NCBI GenBank assembly: GCA_004555155.1
Contig: SFJH01000004.1
Span: forward strand, 28,586-92,585
DNA: 64,000 nucleotides
Reading direction: 5' to 3'
Source of the DNA: Clostridiales bacterium
Lineage (GTDB): Bacteria; Bacillota; Clostridia; Christensenellales; Aristaeellaceae
This document shows, piece by piece, positions 56,086-64,000 of this stretch (its first letter is position 1; the number at the start of each line of letters is the position of its first letter). A program made the translations under genes and the position numbers. The notes beneath the pieces are model-generated. The model did no database searches and was not told the origin of the DNA. It saw only the letters and a list, made by a program, of their open reading frames with translations.

Positions 56086-56973
56086 ATGCAGGAAGAATAC
56101 CGTGAAGAGCCGAGGGGCGGGAGAGGGGACAGAGCGTCCTTTCTGCTCTCAACGCCGCTGATTGTCTGGACGCTGCTGTTTGTGGGCGCGACGATCGTCT
56201 ATATCCTCGTGCTGAGCTTTCTCAAGCGCGATCCCGACGGCTTCGGCGTGACGGGCGAGTTTACTTTGGAGAACTATGCCAGACTGCTGGACGCGAATTA
56301 CGCAAAGGTCTTCTGGAATACGATTGTGCTGGGCTTCAAGACCACGATTCTGTGCGTGCTGCTGGGATATCCCTTCGGATATTTCATGGGGCGGGCGTCG
56401 AAGAAGTGGCGCACGATCCTGATGCTGCTGGTGATCGTGCCGTTTTGGACGAACGCGCTGATCCGCGTGTACGGATGGCGGATTCTGCTGGTGGGCAACG
56501 GCCCGATCAATTCCGTGCTGATGGCGCTGGGACTGATCGAAAAGCCGCTGAAGCTGCTGAACACCTCGGGCGCAATGCTGCTGGGCATGGTATACGCGCT
56601 GCTGCCGTTCATGATTCTGCCCACCTACACCAGCGTGGAGAAGATGGACTGGTCGCTGGTGGACGCGGGTCGGGACATGGGCGCGCATCCGTTCAAGGTG
56701 TTTCTGACGGTCACGCTGCCGCTGACGGCGCCGGGGCTGCTGACGGGCTGCGTGCTGGTGTTCGTGCCCAGTCTGGCGCTGTTTTTCATGGCGGATCTGC
56801 TGGGCGGGCCCAGCGATCTGGTGATCGGCAATCTGGTGAACGACCAGCTGCTGAAGAGCCGGGACTGGCCCTTCGCCGCGGCGCTCTCGGTGGTGCTGCT
56901 GGCGATTACGTGTCTGATCATGGCGGTCTATCGCCGACTGGGCGGAAAGTCCAGCGACATGGCGATGTTCTGA
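56086..56973 (+). CDS. potB: spermidine/putrescine ABC transporter permease
   Basis: Track ORF is 55888..56973. I prefer the ATG at 56086, which follows GGGAGGAAG. EAA-type loop DAGRDMGAHPFKVFLTVTLP. Confidence 0.85.
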   Translation: MQEEYREEPRGGRGDRASFLLSTPLIVWTLLFVGATIVYILVLSFLKRDPDGFGVTGEFTLENYARLLDANYAKVFWNTIVLGFKTTILCVLLGYPFGYFMGRASKKWRTILMLLVIVPFWTNALIRVYGWRILLVGNGPINSVLMALGLIEKPLKLLNTSGAMLLGMVYALLPFMILPTYTSVEKMDWSLVDAGRDMGAHPFKVFLTVTLPLTAPGLLTGCVLVFVPSLALFFMADLLGGPSDLVIGNLVNDQLLKSRDWPFAAALSVVLLAITCLIMAVYRRLGGKSSDMAMF

Positions 56974-56989
56974 CGGGAGGCGGTCTGAG

Positions 56990-57784
56990 ATGAACAGGAA
57001 ACGCAAATCCCCGTGGGCGCCGCTGTATCTGACGCTGGTGCTGATTCTTTTGTATCTGCCGATCGTGGTGGTGGTGCTGTATTCGTTCAACGCGAACGCC
57101 AGCCGCTATCCCAACGAGTTTACCGGGTTTTCCCTCCAATATTACAAGGCGCTGTTCAGGGACACGAAGGGTCTGCTGCGCGCGCTGAAGACGAGTCTGA
57201 TTCTGGCCGCGTGCAGCTGCGGCGCGTCGATGGTGATCGGCACGCTGGGCGCGGTGGGCATGGCCCGCCGGAAGTTCCGGGGTCAGGGCGCGCTGGAGAC
57301 GCTGGCGATTCTGCCGATCATGGTGCCGGAGATCATTCTGGGCATGGCGTTTCTGGCGGTGTTCACGGCGGTGGGACTGAAGTTCGGCATGCTGACGCTG
57401 ACGCTGGCCCATGTGACGTTCTGCACGCCGTACATCTTCATCATCGTGAAGGGGCGGCTGGCGGGCATGGATCCGTCGCTGGCGGAGGCCAGCCGGGATC
57501 TGGGCGCGACGCCGGTGCGGACGTTCTTTGAGATCACGCTGCCGCTGATCCTGCCGGGCGTGCTCTCCGGCGTGATGCTGGCGTTCGCCATGAGTCTGGA
57601 CGACTTCGTGATCAGCTTCTTCGTCACCGGCGCGACCACCACGACGCTGCCGCTGAAGATCTATTCGTCGGTGAAGACGGGTGTGTCGCTGCAGGTGAAC
57701 GCGCTGTGCACGCTGATGCTGGTGTTCGTGGCCGTCGTGATGGCGGTGAAGACGCTGGTGGTCGACCGCCGCAAAAATCAGTGA
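56990..57784 (+). CDS. potC: spermidine/putrescine ABC transporter permease
   Basis: 264 aa. LAEASRDLGATPVRTFFEITLP. Confidence 0.85.
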   Translation: MNRKRKSPWAPLYLTLVLILLYLPIVVVVLYSFNANASRYPNEFTGFSLQYYKALFRDTKGLLRALKTSLILAACSCGASMVIGTLGAVGMARRKFRGQGALETLAILPIMVPEIILGMAFLAVFTAVGLKFGMLTLTLAHVTFCTPYIFIIVKGRLAGMDPSLAEASRDLGATPVRTFFEITLPLILPGVLSGVMLAFAMSLDDFVISFFVTGATTTTLPLKIYSSVKTGVSLQVNALCTLMLVFVAVVMAVKTLVVDRRKNQ

Positions 57785-57832
57785 TTCGCCGGACTCCGGC
57801 TGATCATAAATCTACCACGAGGGGGATTGTAC

Positions 57833-58876
57833 ATGAAAAGGTTTTTCGCTGTTCTGCTGGTTGCCGCGATGCTGCTGTGCATGGGCGTGACCGCGCTGGC
57901 CGAGGAGGAAAAGGTGATCAACATCTTCACCTGGGAAGGCTACTTCGATGAGAATACGCTGGCCCGGTTCACCGAGGAGACCGGCATCCAGGTCAATTTC
58001 CAGACCTTTGCCAGCAACGAGGAGATGCTGCTGAAGCTGCAGTCCAACGGCGGCTCCGAGTACGACATCGTGCTGGCCAGCGACTACGCCATCAGCGCCG
58101 CCGGCAAGGAAGGTCTGCTGCTGCCGCTGGACAAGTCCAAGCTGAGCAACTGGGAGAATCTGAATCCCGACTATCTGAATCAGTACTTTGATCCTCAGAA
58201 CGTGTACTCCGTGCCCTATGCCGCCGGTTCGCCGATGATCGTGTATGATCCCGCCCAGGTTGAGGGCGAGATCACGGCGTTCTCCGATCTGTGGGACGAG
58301 CAGTTCGCCGACGGTCTGTGGCTCATCGACGACGCCCGCGTCATGACCGGCGAGGTGCTGAAGTCTCTGGGCTATTCCTACAACACCACCGACGAGGCTC
58401 AGCTGGCCGAAGCCGCCGCGAAGCTGGAAGAACTGAAGCCCAACATCCGCGTGCTGGAGTACGACATGAGCTACAACTACCTGCTGGCGGGCGAGGTCAA
58501 GGCGGCGTATCTGTTCACGCCTTACGTGGTCAACGCGCTGTTGGAGAACCCCGATCTGGTGGCAGTCTATCCGTCCGAGGGCATCGGTTTCGGCATCGAC
58601 AGCATTGTGATCCCGGTGAACGCGCCCCATCCGGACAACGCGCACCAGTTCATCAACTTCTATCTCCAGGGGGATGTGGCCGCAGCGGTTGCCGAGTGGC
58701 AGCGGTACATCAATCCCAACCAGGCCGCCAACGATCTGATCGATCCCGATTTCGCTGCCATGACGCCCTTCAACATCCCCGCCGACCTGCTGGCGACCAA
58801 GGAATACGTTGAAGACCTCGGCGAAAACGAGTCCCTCTTCCAGGACATTTGGACCGCCTTCAAACTGGCAAACTGA
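57833..58876 (+). CDS. potD: spermidine/putrescine-binding periplasmic protein
   Basis: Track ORF is 57827..58876. I prefer the ATG at 57833, which follows GAGGGGGA. Signal peptide followed by INIFTWEGYFDEN, typical of PotD/PotF. Confidence 0.85.
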   Translation: MKRFFAVLLVAAMLLCMGVTALAEEEKVINIFTWEGYFDENTLARFTEETGIQVNFQTFASNEEMLLKLQSNGGSEYDIVLASDYAISAAGKEGLLLPLDKSKLSNWENLNPDYLNQYFDPQNVYSVPYAAGSPMIVYDPAQVEGEITAFSDLWDEQFADGLWLIDDARVMTGEVLKSLGYSYNTTDEAQLAEAAAKLEELKPNIRVLEYDMSYNYLLAGEVKAAYLFTPYVVNALLENPDLVAVYPSEGIGFGIDSIVIPVNAPHPDNAHQFINFYLQGDVAAAVAEWQRYINPNQAANDLIDPDFAAMTPFNIPADLLATKEYVEDLGENESLFQDIWTAFKLAN

Positions 58877-58931
58877 GTTTGCATGCACTTGCTGCCGCGG
58901 CAAACTAAGTTTGCATCTACTTGCTGTCGCG
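58868..58931 (+). repeat. two tandem 32-nt units (28/32 identical), each starting with a 15-nt palindrome GCAAACTnAGTTTGC
   Basis: Unit 1 is gcaaactgagtttgcatgcacttgctgccgcg (it contains the potD stop). Unit 2 is gcaaactaagtttgcatctacttgctgtcgcg. Confidence 0.85.
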
Positions 58932-59016
58932 TGGATGCGACGGATTCTGTGCCGCCGTGGTGGCGGCGCAGAATCCTGCGTTGGAGCGCTGGATGATTCG
59001 CGGTATCGAAGCGACG

Positions 59017-59062
59017 CCCTGACCGGCCATAGATCCGAGCCGGTCAGGGCTGCGTTTGTTTT
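59017..59062 (+). terminator. intrinsic terminator of the pot operon
   Basis: ccctgaccggc-catagatccga-gccggtcaggg followed by ctgcgtttgtttt. Confidence 0.6.
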
Positions 59063-59102
59063 GGGGAGGCTGGTACGCGGATTGGGGGAGAGTTCTGGGC
59101 AT

Positions 59103-59130
59103 ATAAAAAACGGAAGCGATGTGCTTCCGT
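59103..59130 (-). terminator. intrinsic terminator of the small ORF 59197..59394
   Basis: Minus-strand read: acggaagc-acatc-gcttccgt followed by tttttt. Confidence 0.65.
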
Positions 59131-59196
59131 TCGGAGACGCCGCGTCGGCGGCGAATTCAGCAGAGCGCCGGAAGTCTCGCGACTTCCCTTCTACGA

Positions 59197-59394
59197 TCAG
59201 AGAACCTGGCAGATGTAGGTTTCCTCAAGATCGTGCATGCCACAGAACCAGCGGAAATAGTCGGGGCGAACCTCGTGCTCGTCGGGCAGGCAGCGGAAGA
59301 ACTCGTCCTCCGTATGGATGGTGTGAAGACCCAGACGGATATGGCTGAACAGGCTGATTCCGCGACGCTCCTTGTGATTTTCATTGCGCTTCAT
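59197..59394 (-). CDS. hypothetical small protein (65 aa)
   Basis: ATG at 59394, 7 nt after GGAGGA, with GC3-rich codons and its own terminator. Translation is MKRNENHKERRGISLFSHIRLGLHTIHTEDEFFRCLPDEHEVRPDYFRWFCGMHDLEETYICQVL. I do not recognise a family. Confidence 0.4.
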   Translation of the reverse strand: MKRNENHKERRGISLFSHIRLGLHTIHTEDEFFRCLPDEHEVRPDYFRWFCGMHDLEETYICQVL

Positions 59395-59639
59395 AGTCAA
59401 TTCCTCCTTTTCCTTTCTTCGAGGATATTATATCCTGTCAAGGTAACGAAATCATAGGATAGAGATATGTTTTCAGGAAGCGACTGGTTAAAAGTGGAAA
59501 CCCGCGTTTGACTGTTCGCACAGAATCCAAATGCATCCTCACTGGAATCCTACTGAAAGTATTGAATCATAACTGATAGTTCTGCTGATTGAAACGGAAA
59601 TATCCAGATATTGTCCAAATATGGAAAAGCACAAATCAA

Positions 59640-59672
59640 CGCCGCCGTGCATCGGAGAGATGAACGGCGGCG
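59640..59672 (-). terminator. hairpin downstream of the P-type ATPase gene
   Basis: cgccgccgt / acggcggcg stem. On the minus strand it is followed by ttgatttgtgctttt. Confidence 0.5.
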
Positions 59673-59687
59673 GATTGCATAAAGGGA

Positions 59688-62294
59688 CTAACGATGCCGG
59701 CCAGTCAGCTTCACAGCCTCCATGACGAGCAGGGGAACGAGGATCAACGCCAGGCCGATCAGATAGAGTCGGGCCGGGAGATAGACCAGGCCGAAGGCGA
59801 CGGACAGGGGGGTGAACAATACCAGCGCCACCAGCAGCATCGAAGCCAGCGCCGCCCAATTCAGCTTCCGGTTGGTGAACGGGCCGATGGCAAACAGCGA
59901 GCGGTCAGAGCGCATGTTGAACGCCTGAACAATCTGGCTCAGGGACAGCACCATGAACGTCAGCGTCTGTCCGCCGGCCTCCAGACCGGTGAAGCGTTCG
60001 CCGATCCAGTAGGCGATCAGCGAGAGCGCGCCGAACATCGCGCCCTGGAGCGCGATGCGCACGCCGTAGCCATGGGCGAAGAGGCTCTCGTTCTTCGGCT
60101 TGGGCTTCTGATCCATCACGTCAGGCTCCACCGGCTCCATGCCCAGCGCGATGGCCGGCATGCTGTCCGTGACCAGATTGATCCACAGCAGCTGCATGCT
60201 CAGCAGCGGAGAGCGCCGCCACAGCAGCATCGCCACAAAGACCGTGATGATCTCGCCGATGTTGGTGCCCAGCAGGAATCCGACCACCTTCTTGATGTTG
60301 GCGTAGATGCCGCGCCCCTCGCGCACCGCGTCCACGATGGTGGCGAAGTTGTCGTCGGTGAGGGTCATGTCCGCCGCGCCCTTGGCCACGTCGGTGCCGG
60401 TGACGCCCATGGCGCAGCCGATGTCCGCGGCCTTCAGCGCGGGCGCGTCGTTCACGCCGTCGCCGGTCATGGAAACCACCTGGTCCTTGCGCTGCCAGGC
60501 CTTCACGATGCGGATCTTGTTCTCAGGGGACACGCGGGCGTAGACGGAGATCTTCTCGACCTCGGCGTCCAGCTCGGAATCGGTCATGGCGTCCAGCTGC
60601 GCGCCGGTGATGGCCCGGTCGCCCGATTCCATGATGCCCAGCGCTTTCGCGATGGCCGACGCAGTGACCACGTGGTCGCCGGTGATCATCACGGGCTTGA
60701 CGCCGGCGCGGCGGCAGAGCTTCACCGCCTCGGCCGCTTCCGGGCGCGGCGGGTCGATCATGCCCACCAGTCCCCGCAGGGTCAGTCCGCATTCCAGCGA
60801 TTGACTGGTCGGCTCAGCGGGAACCTCGTCGATCTCCTTGACGGCGATGGCCAGCACGCGCAGGGCGTTGTTGCTCATCTCGTCGTTGACGCGGCGCGCC
60901 GTTTCCAGATCGCCGGCCACGCACAGCTTCGACATCACGTCGAACGCGCCCTTCGTGATCACGATGTTCTTGCCGTCGATGCGGTTGACGGTGGTCATCA
61001 GCTTGCGGTCGGAATCAAAGGGCAGCTCGGCCAGGCGGGGCGATTCCGCGTTCAGCGCGTCCTTGGGCATGCCGGATTTGTGGGCGGCGAGGACGATGGC
61101 GGTTTCCGTGGGGTCGCCGATGTGCTGTTCGGAATCGCCCTGGAAGACCACGGAGCCGTCGCAGCAGAGCGTGCCGAAGCGCAGCAGCCGCCTGACCGAA
61201 TCGGAATTGCGGTCGGAGAGATCGACGGCGGCGCCCTCGCCGTCCACATACGCCTTCACCAGCGTCATGCGGTTCTGGGTGAGCGTGCCGGTCTTGTCCG
61301 AGCAGATGACGGACGCGCTGCCCAGCGTCTCCACGGCGGGCAGGCGGCGGACGATGGCGTTTTTCTTCACCATGCGCTGCACGCCGATGGACAGCACCAC
61401 CGTGACGATGGCGGGCAGTCCCTCGGGAATCGCGGAGACCGCCAGCGAAACCGCCGTCATGAAGATCTCCATGACCGGAATGCCGTCCATCACGCCCACG
61501 ACGAAGATGATCGCGCAGGCCGCCAGCGCCATGACGCCCAGATACTTGCCCAGCTGCGCCAGTCGCTTCTGGAGGGGCGTCTGCGTTTCCTCCTCGCTCT
61601 CCAGCAGGTCGGCGATTTTGCCCATTTCGGTGTCCATGCCGGTGGCGGTGACGACGGCGGTCGCCGTGCCGTAGGTGATGGAGCAGCCGGAGAAGACCAT
61701 CGTGGCGCGGTCGCCCAGCGGCGCGTCTTCCGCGATGACCGCGTCGGCGGCCTTTTCGGAGGGCACGGACTCGCCGGTCAGCGCGGACTCCTCGCTCTTG
61801 AGGCTCACGCTGCGGATCAGCCGCGCGTCGGCGGGCACGAAGTCGCCGGCCTCCAGGCGGATGATATCGCCGGGCACCAGCTCCGCCGCGTCGATGATCT
61901 GCTCCGCGCCGTCGCGGAGCACGCGGGCGTGGGGCGCGGACAGGCCCTTCAGCGCGTCCAGCGCCTTTTCCGCCTTGCTCTCCTGCATCACGCCGACGAT
62001 GGCATTCAATATCACGATCAGCAGAATCAGTACGGGTTCGAAGAACTCGCGGGGATTGCCCTCCGTGCAGGCGACGACAAAGGATACGGCAGCCGCCGCG
62101 ATCAGGATCAGGATCATGGCGTCCTTGAACTGATCGAGGAAGCGCTGCGGCAATGTCCGCTGCTTTTTCTCGCGCAGACGGTTTTCACCGTGGCGGGCGC
62201 GCTTTTCGAGAACCTGCTGTCCGGTCAGACCGCGCTCCGCGTCGGACGAGAGGGCTCGGACGACTTCGTCGCTGGACAGATGATGAACATTCAC
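59688..62294 (-). CDS. calcium-translocating P-type ATPase (P2A/P2B-like)
   Basis: 868 aa with a GTG start 7 nt after AGGAGGG. TGES, PEGLPAIVTV, CSDKTGTLTQN, MITGDHVVTA, TGDGVNDAPALK. Confidence 0.9.
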   Translation of the reverse strand: MNVHHLSSDEVVRALSSDAERGLTGQQVLEKRARHGENRLREKKQRTLPQRFLDQFKDAMILILIAAAAVSFVVACTEGNPREFFEPVLILLIVILNAIVGVMQESKAEKALDALKGLSAPHARVLRDGAEQIIDAAELVPGDIIRLEAGDFVPADARLIRSVSLKSEESALTGESVPSEKAADAVIAEDAPLGDRATMVFSGCSITYGTATAVVTATGMDTEMGKIADLLESEEETQTPLQKRLAQLGKYLGVMALAACAIIFVVGVMDGIPVMEIFMTAVSLAVSAIPEGLPAIVTVVLSIGVQRMVKKNAIVRRLPAVETLGSASVICSDKTGTLTQNRMTLVKAYVDGEGAAVDLSDRNSDSVRRLLRFGTLCCDGSVVFQGDSEQHIGDPTETAIVLAAHKSGMPKDALNAESPRLAELPFDSDRKLMTTVNRIDGKNIVITKGAFDVMSKLCVAGDLETARRVNDEMSNNALRVLAIAVKEIDEVPAEPTSQSLECGLTLRGLVGMIDPPRPEAAEAVKLCRRAGVKPVMITGDHVVTASAIAKALGIMESGDRAITGAQLDAMTDSELDAEVEKISVYARVSPENKIRIVKAWQRKDQVVSMTGDGVNDAPALKAADIGCAMGVTGTDVAKGAADMTLTDDNFATIVDAVREGRGIYANIKKVVGFLLGTNIGEIITVFVAMLLWRRSPLLSMQLLWINLVTDSMPAIALGMEPVEPDVMDQKPKPKNESLFAHGYGVRIALQGAMFGALSLIAYWIGERFTGLEAGGQTLTFMVLSLSQIVQAFNMRSDRSLFAIGPFTNRKLNWAALASMLLVALVLFTPLSVAFGLVYLPARLYLIGLALILVPLLVMEAVKLTGRHR

Positions 62295-62325
62295 ATTTTT
62301 TCCCTCCTTTGGAAAAGATTAAAGT

Positions 62326-62354
62326 ATTATAGCGCATCCTTGGAATATATGCAA
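62326..62354 (-). promoter_or_regulatory. sigma-A-type promoter TTGCAT-17-TATAAT for the P-type ATPase gene
   Basis: Minus-strand read: gaTTGCATatattccaaggatgcgcTATAATacttt. Confidence 0.6.
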
Positions 62355-62449
62355 TCGGATCGCAGGTATTCTTTCTGTAAAATCCGACAAACATACGAAG
62401 GAAACGGAAAACGACGGTGTTAAGGTTTTGCGACAACCGCCGAATGCGA

Positions 62450-62478
62450 TTGACAGGCGGCGACAGGTATGGTAAGAT
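62450..62478 (+). promoter_or_regulatory. sigma-A-type promoter TTGACA-17-TAAGAT (TG-extended), about 250 nt upstream of mnmA
   Basis: gaTTGACAggcggcgacaggtatggTAAGATgatg. Confidence 0.6.
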
Positions 62479-62653
62479 GATGAAACAAAACATACCATTG
62501 AAATAGGAAAGAGGGACGGAATCTCATGGATCGCAGCGCGCAGGCCAGGGGTCGGAAGTGTATGCGCATGGTGCAGGCCGGAGATTGCCGCACCGTGCGC
62601 CGCCGCATGGGATGATGGAGCGCGCGACGCGAGGAAAGATGATGAGCAATCTC

Positions 62654-62679
62654 TGGAAGCGGCAGGCTTCCATTTTTTG
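62654..62679 (+). terminator. terminator/attenuator hairpin inside the mnmA leader
   Basis: tggaagc-ggcag-gcttcca followed by ttttttg, about 50 nt before the mnmA start. Confidence 0.5.
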
Positions 62680-62730
62680 TGCAATGGAAAAATTTTTGTG
62701 CAATGAAGGAGAGGACGGTGGGCGCGGGCG

Positions 62731-63801
62731 ATGGCGCGGGTGATTGTCGGAATGTCGGGCGGCGTGGATTCCTCCGTGGCCGCGCTGCTGCTGAAGCGGG
62801 CGGGCCACGATGTGACCGGGATTTTCATGAACAACTGGGAAGAAAAGGATGCCTTCGGCGTCTGCACCTCCGAGCCCGACTGGGCGGACGTGCGGGCGGT
62901 GTGCGATCTCATCGGCATTCCCTGCTACAGCGTGAACTTCGCCCGTGAATACCGCGAGCGGGTGTTTTCCCACTTTCTGGAGGAGTACCGGAAGGGCCGC
63001 ACGCCGAATCCCGATGTGCTGTGCAATCGGGAGATCAAGTTCGGCGTGTTTCTGAGCTTCGCGGAGAAGCTCGGCGCGGAGAAGGTCGCCACGGGCCACT
63101 TCGCCAAGGTCGATCGGAGCGGTCAGGGCTGGCAGCTCCGGCGGGCGAAGGATGAGAACAAGGACCAGACCTATTTTCTGTACATGCTGGGCCAGCGCGC
63201 GCTGTCGAAGGCGATGTTCCCGGTGGGCGATCTCACCAAGGGTGAAATCCGCCAGATCGCCCGGGATGCGGGCATCCCGGTGAGCGAGAAGAAGGATTCC
63301 ACGGGCGTGTGCTTCATCGGCGAGCGGAACTTCAAGAAATTCCTGTCCGGCTATCTGCCTGCGCAGCCCGGCGACATGGTGACGGTGGACGGAAGGATCG
63401 TCGGCCGGCACGACGGGCTGATGTACTATACGCTGGGCCAGCGGCGCGGGCTGGGCATCGGCGGCAGCGGCGACGGCCGGCGCTGGTTCGTCGTGGCGAA
63501 GGATCTGGAGCGCAACCGCCTGGTGGTGGATCAGGGCGAGGATTCGCCGCTGCTCTATACCTCGCGCGCCGACGGCGGCGAATGCACCTGGCTGGCGGGC
63601 TTCCCGCCGGTGGAGGAGGATCGGCCGCTGCGCTGTCAGGTGCAGCTGCGCCATCGCCAGCCGCTGCAGGATTGTTCGATCATTCTGCGCGGGGACCGCG
63701 TGCAGATCGACTTCGATCGCCCTCAGCGGGCGGTCACGCCGGGGCAGTCCGCCGTGTTCTACGACGGCGAGGTCTGTCTGGGCGGCGCGATCGTCGACTG
63801 A
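62731..63801 (+). CDS. mnmA: tRNA 2-thiouridine(34) synthase
   Basis: 356 aa. VIVGMSGGVDSSVAALLL (PP-loop), RTPNPDVLCNREIKF, DQTYFL, GVCFIGE: canonical MnmA/TrmU. Confidence 0.95.
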   Translation: MARVIVGMSGGVDSSVAALLLKRAGHDVTGIFMNNWEEKDAFGVCTSEPDWADVRAVCDLIGIPCYSVNFAREYRERVFSHFLEEYRKGRTPNPDVLCNREIKFGVFLSFAEKLGAEKVATGHFAKVDRSGQGWQLRRAKDENKDQTYFLYMLGQRALSKAMFPVGDLTKGEIRQIARDAGIPVSEKKDSTGVCFIGERNFKKFLSGYLPAQPGDMVTVDGRIVGRHDGLMYYTLGQRRGLGIGGSGDGRRWFVVAKDLERNRLVVDQGEDSPLLYTSRADGGECTWLAGFPPVEEDRPLRCQVQLRHRQPLQDCSIILRGDRVQIDFDRPQRAVTPGQSAVFYDGEVCLGGAIVD

Positions 63802-63845
63802 CGCAAGCGCGGGAGAATGCATAGTATGGGTGGGGGAGTGAGCGT

Positions 63846-64000
63846 GTGGACTGGAATTTTGTGCAAAAGTTCGCGCCGATGTACGTCACCGCGGCGGGAC
63901 TGACGCTGCGCATCGCGGCCATCGGCATCCTGCTGTCGATGGCGGTGGGCATGCTTTGCTGCATCGTGCAGTCGTTCCGGGTGCCGGTGCTGCGGAGAAT
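63846..64000 (+). CDS. amino-acid ABC transporter permease, 5' partial (runs off the window)
   Basis: GTG at 63846 follows GGGGGAG. Translation VDWNFVQKFAPMYVTAAGLTLRIAAIGILLSMAVGMLCCIVQSFRVPVLRR resembles the N-termini of HisM/GlnP-type permeases. Only ~51 codons are visible. Confidence 0.5.
   Translation, partial: MDWNFVQKFAPMYVTAAGLTLRIAAIGILLSMAVGMLCCIVQSFRVPVLRR

Noticed and set aside
62500-62650. Partial resemblance of the mnmA leader to a SAM-I (S-box) riboswitch (GAGGGAC, GGUGC, AGAUGAUGAG).
   Set aside because: The GGCCC/pseudoknot partner, the GCAACC element and a complementary P1 5' strand are all missing. The similarity is limited to short GA-rich strings. I kept the leader as unclassified.

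Overview
GC-rich, GC3-biased chromosomal segment with the gene content of a spore-forming Clostridia-class Firmicute (bofA, serC-serA-DUF1015 operon, LplABC-type sugar uptake). A gut Oscillospiraceae/Ruminococcaceae-like anaerobe is only a guess and cannot be verified here. I call about 58 protein-coding genes, mostly housekeeping, metabolism and transport: serC/serA, murJ, ruvB, queA, pfk, potABCD, mnmA, a Ca-type P-type ATPase, two MATE pumps, two PfkB kinases and two glycosyltransferases. By eye I found no rRNA, tRNA, CRISPR array, transposase, integrase or phage genes. Many long ORFs in the supplied track run antisense to recognisable genes and look like high-GC artefacts. Many intergenic regions carry near-consensus sigma-A promoters with exact 17-nt spacers, and long GC-rich terminator hairpins. 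Points worth a second look: (1) a tight four-gene operon for two membrane-anchored lamin-tail-domain proteins (one fused to a CotH kinase), a VTC polyphosphate-polymerase-domain protein and a DUF4956 membrane protein. I know of no demonstrated function for this combination. (2) A structurally abnormal pst-pho locus. PstS is circularly permuted. pstC is fused in frame to pstB with pstA absent. The phoU start is joined to the last ~18 codons of a response regulator, so phoR is orphaned, yet a phased Pho box is retained. (3) A 1-nt frameshift splits the signal peptide of a C69 dipeptidase. (4) A P-loop kinase plus a NUDIX-GNAT fusion sit between ruvB and queA. (5) An unclassified ~200-nt promoter-leader-terminator unit lies upstream of mnmA. 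All family calls rest on my recognition of motifs in the translations. No database search was run.
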